Origin: Eubacteriales bacterium
GTDB lineage: Bacteria > Bacillota > Clostridia > Oscillospirales > CAG-272
NCBI GenBank assembly: GCA_045588145.1
Contig: JAZNDS010000056.1
Span: forward strand, 27,448-91,447
Direction: 5' to 3'
DNA length: 64,000 nucleotides
The position numbers and the translations under genes were made by a program. The notes under the pieces were generated by a model that worked only from the letters and a program-made list of their open reading frames with translations, was not told the DNA's origin and made no database searches. Shown here in pieces: positions 57,646 through 64,000 of this stretch (its first letter is position 1; each line of letters starts with the position of its first letter).

Positions 57646-58953
57646 TTATGTATCATCGGCATCCTCGCCACGCAAGAGCATACCGCTTTGCGTAAGCTCA
57701 ATAAGGCCGAGAAATTCCATTTGTGTCGCAACGGCCATACAATCGGTCGACCAAAGGCCGCGAAGCTCCAGATCGTCGTAAAGAACGAACTCCTTTTCCC
57801 TTGCCATACCGTATATGGCGCGTGCCTCGGGCGGAAGGGTCGAAAGAAGAGCCTCCACCCGATCGGGATCCTTTTCGATCGGCGGTCTCGCTTCTTCCCT
57901 TTTTTCTTTATCCTTCCCGTCCTTCGCCTTCTTTTCTTCCTTTTTCTTTTTCGGCTCCTTTACGGCTTTTTTCTTTTTCTCCTCTTCCTCGGGAGGAAAA
58001 GAAACGCGCATCGCCGTAAGGACCTTTTCGATAACAGGCGGCAAGGTCTGCAGTAAGCTTTGCAAAGAGACCTTTCCGTAATATTCCTTTTCAAAGTCCG
58101 AAAGAATATCGTCGGCGCAGGTGAGGGCCTTGGCCCCATCCCGCAAAAGAAGGCAGGGACCCATGGCCCCCTCCTCATCCACACGGCCGGGCAAGGCGTA
58201 GACCGCCCTTCCCTGTTGCTTGGCCAAGCGCGCGGTGATCAGAGCGCCGCTTCTCAGATCGCCCTCGATCACGGCACTTGCCGCGCTAAGGCCGCTGATG
58301 ATACGGTTGCGGATGGGAAAATTCTTTCCGAAGGGCCGTGTTCCGGGCGGAAATTCGGTAATGACCGCGCCATGCTTAACAACATAGGTCGCCAGGTGCC
58401 GATGCTGTGGGGGATACAGAATATCGATCCCGCTTCCGAGAACGGCAACCGTTTGCCCGCCGCCGTTGATGGCCGCTGCGTTGGCGACCCCATCGACGCC
58501 AAGGGCCATACCGCTGACGACGATAGCCCCACCCACCGCCAGATCACGGGCGATCTCAAAGGCCATTTTCATGCCGTATCGGCTCATTTTCCGTGTACCG
58601 ACCACCGAAACGCAAAGCTTTTCGTTCCACGCGGGGATCCTGCCGCAGCAAAAGAGCATGACCGGCGGATTCGGGATCCTTCGCAGGGCCTCGGGAAAGC
58701 GGGGATCATCGTACGCCAGGGGGATCACGCTTCTCCGATTGCAGAAATTCAGGATCCGCACCTCGTCCTCTTTCCCCTTGTCCAACAGGGCTCGAAGGTC
58801 ACCGTCCTCCCCCGAAAGCGCGCGACGAAGGGCCGCTTCATCGGCCCCGTAGATCTCATACGGATCGTCGAACGCCTTTAAAAGCTTGGCAAAGGTAAAA
58901 GAGCCCGGGGTCACACGGCGGCAGAGCCAGATCCAGAACAAAATATCCTTCAT
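57646..58953 (-). CDS. dprA: DNA-processing protein DprA (Smf), long form
   Basis: GMALGVDGVANAAA Rossmann core, then a K/E-rich linker and a C-terminal winged-helix-like domain. Confidence 0.88.
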   Translation of the reverse strand: MKDILFWIWLCRRVTPGSFTFAKLLKAFDDPYEIYGADEAALRRALSGEDGDLRALLDKGKEDEVRILNFCNRRSVIPLAYDDPRFPEALRRIPNPPVMLFCCGRIPAWNEKLCVSVVGTRKMSRYGMKMAFEIARDLAVGGAIVVSGMALGVDGVANAAAINGGGQTVAVLGSGIDILYPPQHRHLATYVVKHGAVITEFPPGTRPFGKNFPIRNRIISGLSAASAVIEGDLRSGALITARLAKQQGRAVYALPGRVDEEGAMGPCLLLRDGAKALTCADDILSDFEKEYYGKVSLQSLLQTLPPVIEKVLTAMRVSFPPEEEEKKKKAVKEPKKKKEEKKAKDGKDKEKREEARPPIEKDPDRVEALLSTLPPEARAIYGMAREKEFVLYDDLELRGLWSTDCMAVATQMEFLGLIELTQSGMLLRGEDADDT

Positions 58954-58956
58954 TTG

Positions 58957-59790
58957 TCAATCCTTGCATTTCCCTTGCTCCCAAAGCAGGACCGTGGCGG
59001 CCGCGGCCGCGTTCAGGGATTCCGCCTCTTCGGCAATGGGGATATAAACGCTTGCGTCGCAAGCGGCAGACAGAGATGCGGGTATTCCGTGTCCCTCGTT
59101 TCCGATGATCAGAAGATCCGACGACCGAAGCGGATACGCGGCAAGCAAGTGGGCGCCCGGCCGAAGCTCGGCCGCCAAAGCACGACGATCGGCAGCACGG
59201 AACAGGGAAACAAAGGCCTCCGCATCCTCCAAGCGCACGGTGGGGACACGGAATACCGCCCCCATGGCGGCCCGAACGGCACGCGGGTGATAGGGATCGG
59301 TGCAATCGGGGGAAAGCAAGACCGCATCCACCCCGAAGGCCCCGGCGCTCCGCAGGATCGTTCCAAGGTTCCCGGGATCGCGGATCGAGGACAAAAGCAG
59401 ATAACGCTCCTGTTTTTCTCGCAAAAAGTCTACATTTAACATTTTAATATATTTTTTTGAAAAGTCAAGATATTTTATAACAACCGAAATGCCTTCCGGG
59501 GACTTTTCGGTCGATATTTTTTCAAAGCAGCTGTCCGAAAGCAGAAGAATTTCGGCCTCCGGGTATTTTGCCAGCGCTTCCTCCGCCGTTTTGCTGTAGG
59601 CATCCTGCTTGCTTTCTTGGATCAGAATATAGCGAATGGGGGCGTTTTTTTCAACCGCCTCTCCCAATAATTTTCTGCCTTCCGCCAAAAAAAGACGGTG
59701 TTTGTCACGGTATTTTTTCTCGGATAACGAGGAAAGCAGCACGACAAGCGGATTCGTGCGGCTGCTGATCCTCAAAATTCGATCCTTCAT
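58957..59790 (-). CDS. TrmH/SpoU-family RNA methyltransferase
   Basis: IRDPGNLGTILRSAGAFG, LIIGNEGHGI, ESLNAAAAATVLLWE. Confidence 0.85.
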   Translation of the reverse strand: MKDRILRISSRTNPLVVLLSSLSEKKYRDKHRLFLAEGRKLLGEAVEKNAPIRYILIQESKQDAYSKTAEEALAKYPEAEILLLSDSCFEKISTEKSPEGISVVIKYLDFSKKYIKMLNVDFLREKQERYLLLSSIRDPGNLGTILRSAGAFGVDAVLLSPDCTDPYHPRAVRAAMGAVFRVPTVRLEDAEAFVSLFRAADRRALAAELRPGAHLLAAYPLRSSDLLIIGNEGHGIPASLSAACDASVYIPIAEEAESLNAAAAATVLLWEQGKCKD

Positions 59791-59801
59791 AGGGTCCCCC
59801 T

Positions 59802-59834
59802 CAAAACAAAATCCCCGACTCGTGCGAGTCGGGG
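59802..59834 (-). terminator. Terminator of infC-rpmI-rplT
   Basis: CCCCGACTCG-tg-CGAGTCGGGG followed on the minus strand by ATTTTGTTTTG. Confidence 0.8.
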
Positions 59835-59844
59835 TATAATGCGG

Positions 59845-60198
59845 TCAAAGAGCCGCTTTGGCCTTTTCGACAAGGGCTGCGAACGCCTCTTTGTCGGAAA
59901 TAGCGATCTCGGAAAGCATCTTGCGGTTGAGGTCGATCGAAGCCTTCTTCAGACCGTTCATCAGCTTCGAATAGCTGATGCCGCAGACTCTGGCCTGCGC
60001 CGAGATACGGGCGATCCACAGCTTGCGGAAATCTCTCTTCTTCAGCTTGCGGCCGATGTAAGCGTAGTTCCCGCTCTTGAGAACGGCCTGCTTCGCTATC
60101 TTAAAATGCTTGCTCTTTGCGCCCCAATATCCTTTTGCCGCTTTGAGAACGCTTTTTCTTCTCTTGCGCGTCATCATTGCGCCTTTTACTCTTGCCAT
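59845..60198 (-). CDS. rplT: 50S ribosomal protein L20
   Basis: [29 protein letters not shown]. Confidence 0.96.
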   Translation of the reverse strand: MARVKGAMMTRKRRKSVLKAAKGYWGAKSKHFKIAKQAVLKSGNYAYIGRKLKKRDFRKLWIARISAQARVCGISYSKLMNGLKKASIDLNRKMLSEIAISDKEAFAALVEKAKAAL

Positions 60199-60228
60199 TT
60201 CACGTATCCTCCTGTTCTTTTGTTCGTC

Positions 60229-60423
60229 TTAGTGCTGGATCATGGAAGTGATCGTAGGAGTCATAGACTTGCTGAGTATGAATCCCTTACGAAGCGCTCT
60301 TTTGCGCTTTGCGGTCTTGATTCCAAGATTGTGGCGGTGCTGGGAGTGGTTAACTTTGATCTTTCCGCTTGCCGTCAGCGAAAATCTTTTCGCGGAGGCT
60401 TTGTGAGTTTTCATCTTTGCCAT
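60229..60423 (-). CDS. rpmI: 50S ribosomal protein L35
   Basis: MAKMKTHKASAKRF. Confidence 0.95.
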   Translation of the reverse strand: MAKMKTHKASAKRFSLTASGKIKVNHSQHRHNLGIKTAKRKRALRKGFILSKSMTPTITSMIQH

Positions 60424-60482
60424 GTTTTTTCTCCTTATTCTTTACTCGATAAATAGAAATTCAAACTGAATTTTCAACAAAT

Positions 60483-61004
60483 TTATTTCCCGTTCTTCAG
60501 CGGGGAAAGCACGACAGACAAAATACGCCCGTCGATCGTGGGGATCTTATCGGAGGAGCCGAACTCGGCACAGGCGTTCATAAAGCGCTGTACCACCTCT
60601 CTGCCCATATCCTGATGCGCCATCTCGCGCCCCTTGAAGCGAATGACGACCTTGACCTTGTCGCCACCCTGCAGGAACTTGCGCGCCTGATTGGCACGCG
60701 TTTCGAAATCGTGCGTGTCAATACGGCAGGAGAGCTGTACCTCTTTGATCTTTACGATCTGCTGATTGCGGCGGACCTCACGTTCCTTTTTATCCCGCTC
60801 AAAACGGAATTTACCGTAATCCATCACACGGCATACAGGGGGTTGGGCATCGGGCGCCATCAGAACAAGGTCAAGCCCCTGTCCGTAAGCGTATTCAAGG
60901 GCGGCATGAGAGGACATAATGCCCAGCTGCTCTCCCCCGGAGCCGACAAGCCGAACTTCCTTGCAGGAAATGCTTTCGTTGATCTGTAAATCTTTGGTAC
61001 TAAT
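60483..61004 (-). CDS. infC: Translation initiation factor IF-3 (ATT start codon)
   Basis: The listed ORF starts at an internal Met. The frame stays open upstream to ATT at 61004 (STKDLQINESISCKEVRLVGSGGEQLGI...), which lies 8 nt after GGAGGT. Confidence 0.9.
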   Translation of the reverse strand: MSTKDLQINESISCKEVRLVGSGGEQLGIMSSHAALEYAYGQGLDLVLMAPDAQPPVCRVMDYGKFRFERDKKEREVRRNQQIVKIKEVQLSCRIDTHDFETRANQARKFLQGGDKVKVVIRFKGREMAHQDMGREVVQRFMNACAEFGSSDKIPTIDGRILSVVLSPLKNGK

Positions 61005-61160
61005 AGCGGTTTACCTCCAATAAAAATAAAAAGGCATACGAATTCCCGTATGCACAAAAGCGCGAGTACCCCTCACGCGATTATTGACCTTGGCGCACAC
61101 GGTGGCAAGGTGAGAACGGAAATTCTGCTTCATTTTAGGATGAGTTTCCTCATACGTCGA
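61005..61160 (-). promoter_or_regulatory. infC leader with a terminator/attenuator hairpin (L20-leader-like)
   Basis: About 150-nt leader. GCATACG-ggaatt-CGTATGC + TTTTTATTTTT (61021-61053) sits just before the RBS, with further stems upstream. Confidence 0.6.
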
Positions 61161-61162
61161 TA

Positions 61163-61191
61163 ATTATAGCACGCCTTTTTGTTCTTGTCAA
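61163..61191 (-). promoter_or_regulatory. Consensus sigma-A promoter of infC operon
   Basis: Minus strand TTGACA-17 nt-TATAAT. Confidence 0.75.
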
Positions 61192-61250
61192 GGGCTTTTC
61201 GGATTTATTTTTAAAGATTTTTTTTGCTTATTTTTGTTGAAATTGACCTA

Positions 61251-61279
61251 TTTACAAAAGCGGCGTTTTGCGCTACAAT
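61251..61279 (+). promoter_or_regulatory. Sigma-A type promoter driving the candidate sRNA
   Basis: TTTACA-17 nt-TACAAT. Confidence 0.5.
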
Positions 61280-61285
61280 GTACAG

Positions 61286-61362
61286 GCAACCAAGCACAAG
61301 CGCACGCCGAAATTTCAATCTAATGAAATCTTTCCGCGGCTGAGCGCTTCGCTTGGTTTTTA
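61286..61362 (+). ncRNA. Candidate small RNA (~75 nt) bounded by a promoter and an intrinsic terminator
   Basis: Closing helix CCAAGC/GCTTGG plus AGCGC/GCGCT, an inner hairpin GAAATTTCA/TGAAAT-TTC, then TTTTT. No ORF or RBS. Confidence 0.4.
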
Positions 61363-61433
61363 TTATTTATATTATTATTTTACAAAAGATTAAAATCTTT
61401 TTTCAAAAATGTGTGGAAAACGAGGGCTTGATG

Positions 61434-61442
61434 TGCTATAAT
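61434..61442 (+). promoter_or_regulatory. Extended -10 promoter of lon
   Basis: TGcTATAAT with a weak -35 TGGAAA 17 nt upstream. Confidence 0.5.
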
Positions 61443-61511
61443 GATGTATAATGCGTAAATTGTGCGCCGTCGGCGCTTTTATACGAACGAGAACAACATA
61501 AGGAAATCGCT

Positions 61512-63944
61512 ATGTCTAACTTTATTGAAAAAGCCGAGGTGGCTACCCTTCCCCTGATCCCCTTGCGGGGAACCGTCGCCTTCCCTTCGGTTCAAATGAA
61601 TTTATCCATAACCCGCAGTCTTTCGCTGAAGGCCTTCAGTGAGGCGGCCGCCGGGGAATCCTACGTCATCCTGACCGCCCAGAAGGACCCCTCGGTGGAG
61701 GAGCCGAAGCCGAAGGATTTTTACCGTGTGGGAACCGTTTGTCTGATCAAGCACGTCTCCCGCTCGCCCGACGGCAGCCTTTCCGCGGTCTTTGAGGGAA
61801 TGTGCCGCGCCAAGATCACCAACGTGATCGAGGACGACGGCTTTTTCCGTGCCGACGTTATCTGCAAAAAGGTCACCCTCGGCGCCGTTACCACGCTTCG
61901 GGCCGAGGCGCTGATGAGCGATCTTGCCCATCGGCTGGAGGAGATCGAGCCGATACACCCCACCCTGAATCAGGAGATCCGAACCGCCGCCACGGCCATC
62001 AAAAACCCGGGGCTTCTTTCGGATTTTGTTGCCTCCTCGGCGCTTCTCAATTTCAAAAGCAAGCAATCGGTCCTCGAATGCTTTAATCCGCACGTGCGGT
62101 TAGAGCGTCTGCTTGTCCTTTTGGAGGAGGAAAAGGAGATCCTCGTGTGCGAGGCCGAGATCCATTCCGCCGTACGGGAAAAGGTCGACGGCCATCAGAA
62201 GGAATTCTTCCTGCGTGAGCAGATGCGCGCGATCCAGCAGGAGCTGGGGGAGGACAGCGACGAGATCGAGGAGTACCATACAAAAATCGAGAAGGCGGCC
62301 CTGCCCCAAGAGGTCAGGGAAAAGCTGAAAAAAGAGCTTGGCAAGCTGGCCAAGACCCCTTACGGCGCGGCGGAAAGCGTCGTTCTGCGCAATTACCTTG
62401 ACGTATGCCTGGAGCTTCCCTGGGAGAAAAAGACCAAAGACAAGCTGGAGCTGAAGGCGGCCAAGCGTATCCTTGATGCCGATCACGACGGACTGGAAAA
62501 GATCAAGACCCGTATTCTTGAATTTATCGCCGTGCGGAAGCTGGCGCCCGATATCAAAAACCAGATCCTTTGCCTTGTCGGCCCTCCGGGGGTCGGTAAG
62601 ACCTCCATCGCCGCCTCGGTCGCCCGTGCTCTCGGGCGCAAGTATGCCCGTATTTCACTGGGTGGCATCCGCGATGAAGCGGATATCCGCGGCCACCGAA
62701 AGACCTACGTCGGGGCGATGCCGGGGCGCATCGTGTCCGCCATTTCCCAAGCGGGCACCCAAAATCCCGTTATCGTTCTGGATGAGATAGACAAGCTTTC
62801 ACGCGACCTGCACGGAGACCCTGCCTCTGCCCTTTTAGAGGTATTGGATCCCGAGCAGAACAAGTATTTCCGCGATCATTTCCTGGAGCTGCCCCTCGAT
62901 CTTTCGGACTGCCTGTTTATCGCGACCGCCAACTACTACGAGGGGATCCCCGATGCCCTGCTTGACCGTATGGAGATCATCGAGGTAAAGCCTTATTCAA
63001 GAAGCGAAAAATTCAATATCGCCAAGCATCATCTTATCAAGAAGCAGATGAAGCGCCACGGCTTGGACCGCAAAATGCTCTCTCTCTCCGACGCTTCGCT
63101 TCTGGAGATCATCGACTATTATACCCGCGAGGCGGGCGTGCGGAACCTAGAGCGCGAGCTGGCTACCCTTTTCCGTAAGGTGGCCGCGAAGATCGCGGGG
63201 AACGAGATCACAAGGCTTTCGGTCACCCCCGCCGTTGTGAACGAGCTGCTTGGAAAGCGCAAATATTTGCCCGATCCCGATTGCCTTACCGATGAGATCG
63301 GTGTGGTAAACGGCCTTGCCTATACCAAAACGGGAGGCGACCTTTTAAAGGTAGAGGCGCTTCCTATCCCGGGAAGCGGGAAGATCGAGCTGACCGGATC
63401 GTTGGGGGACGTGATGAAGGAATCCGCGGGGATCGCCGTCAGCTGTGTGCGCGCACGCGCCGATGCCTTTGGGATCGAGCCCGATTTCTTTAAAAAGCAC
63501 GACCTGCATATCCACTTTCCCGAAGGGGCGGTGCCGAAGGACGGCCCTTCGGCGGGTGTCACGATGGTAACGGCGCTTATCAGCGCCCTGACGGGCACCC
63601 CCGTCCGCCACGATGTCGCCATGACCGGGGAGATCACCCTGCACGGCAAGGTCCTGCCGATCGGCGGCCTTACCGAAAAAACCATGGCGGCTTACCGCGC
63701 GGGTGTGAAGACCGTCCTTATTCCCCGCGAAAACGAACGGGATCTGGACGAGATCGATAAAGAGGCCGCCGCCCATCTTCGCTTTATCTTCTGCGATACG
63801 GTGGATGACGTTTTGGAAAACGCCCTGGTGAAAAAGAACGGCGAGGCCTTGAACGCCTGTGAAAAGGCCAAGGAAAAGCTCCCCGAGGTGGCGCTTCCCT
63901 TTTCGGGAAACGTCGGTATTTCGGTGACGGGAAGGATCGGCTGA
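61512..63944 (+). CDS. lon: ATP-dependent Lon protease (LonA)
   Basis: 810 aa. LON N-domain, GPPGVGKTS Walker A and PKDGPSAGVTM catalytic Ser. Confidence 0.97.
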   Translation: MSNFIEKAEVATLPLIPLRGTVAFPSVQMNLSITRSLSLKAFSEAAAGESYVILTAQKDPSVEEPKPKDFYRVGTVCLIKHVSRSPDGSLSAVFEGMCRAKITNVIEDDGFFRADVICKKVTLGAVTTLRAEALMSDLAHRLEEIEPIHPTLNQEIRTAATAIKNPGLLSDFVASSALLNFKSKQSVLECFNPHVRLERLLVLLEEEKEILVCEAEIHSAVREKVDGHQKEFFLREQMRAIQQELGEDSDEIEEYHTKIEKAALPQEVREKLKKELGKLAKTPYGAAESVVLRNYLDVCLELPWEKKTKDKLELKAAKRILDADHDGLEKIKTRILEFIAVRKLAPDIKNQILCLVGPPGVGKTSIAASVARALGRKYARISLGGIRDEADIRGHRKTYVGAMPGRIVSAISQAGTQNPVIVLDEIDKLSRDLHGDPASALLEVLDPEQNKYFRDHFLELPLDLSDCLFIATANYYEGIPDALLDRMEIIEVKPYSRSEKFNIAKHHLIKKQMKRHGLDRKMLSLSDASLLEIIDYYTREAGVRNLERELATLFRKVAAKIAGNEITRLSVTPAVVNELLGKRKYLPDPDCLTDEIGVVNGLAYTKTGGDLLKVEALPIPGSGKIELTGSLGDVMKESAGIAVSCVRARADAFGIEPDFFKKHDLHIHFPEGAVPKDGPSAGVTMVTALISALTGTPVRHDVAMTGEITLHGKVLPIGGLTEKTMAAYRAGVKTVLIPRENERDLDEIDKEAAAHLRFIFCDTVDDVLENALVKKNGEALNACEKAKEKLPEVALPFSGNVGISVTGRIG

Positions 63945-63945
63945 T

Positions 63946-64000
63946 ATGAGTAACCTATCCTTTTCGGAGGCCACCCTTACGATCTCGGCCGGCTTCCCGA
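63946..64000 (+). CDS. 5' end of a downstream gene, possibly the ribosome-biogenesis GTPase YsxC/EngB (truncated by the window edge)
   Basis: The ATG lies 1 nt after the lon stop. MSNLSFSEATLTISAGFP resembles an EngB N-terminus, and lon-ysxC synteny is common in Firmicutes. Confidence 0.35.
   Translation, partial: MSNLSFSEATLTISAGFP

Noticed and set aside
1-64000. Mobile elements, prophage, defence islands or toxin-antitoxin pairs, including near the three tRNA genes
   Set aside because: I saw no integrase, transposase, recombinase, phage structural, restriction-modification or other defence-like ORFs in the six-frame track. The gene content is housekeeping and sporulation. This is limited by the absence of homology searches.

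Overview
This 64 kb window looks like core chromosome of a spore-forming, fairly GC-rich Clostridia-type Firmicute. I ran no homology search. All product names come from motifs read by eye in the supplied translations.

I support about 60 protein genes. About two thirds are on the minus strand, and most are housekeeping. They include pepP-efp, aspartate kinase, pgi, folD, lgt, two M16 peptidases, prfA-sua5-parC-like, coaE and tmcAL. The ribosomal and assembly blocks are rplU-prp-rpmA, rsfS, yqeK-nadD-yhbY and infC-rpmI-rplT. A long run holds rdgB, ftsY, smc, rnc, plsX, trmFO, topA and dprA, and lon lies at the right end.

Sporulation genes are scattered through the window: spoIIID, spoVT, pdaA, a second deacetylase and a DacB/DacF-like carboxypeptidase. 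There are three tRNA genes: Gly-UCC, Arg-ACG and Ser-GGA. rpsU is a 58-aa gene missing from the ORF track. infC starts at an ATT codon. Several perfect TTGACA-17-TATAAT promoters and many intrinsic terminators are readable.

I found no CRISPR array, transposase, integrase, prophage or recognisable defence system. The unusual features are non-coding:
- 11475-12093: about 3.6 tandem copies of a 172-175 bp, hairpin-rich unit derived from tRNA-Ser, directly downstream of tRNA-Ser. Each copy has its own terminator.
- 1790-1954: a dyad-symmetric array of six GTATGGNATC 10-mers alternating with seven unrelated mini-hairpins, next to the tRNA-Gly/Arg pair.
- About 61286-61362: a promoter-plus-terminator-bounded candidate small RNA upstream of lon.

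Secondary points are a poly-Cys protein with a neighbouring mini P-loop ATPase, a mirrored duplication of an oxidoreductase/AraC module, a frameshifted permease and a CpsB-like protein with altered metal ligands.
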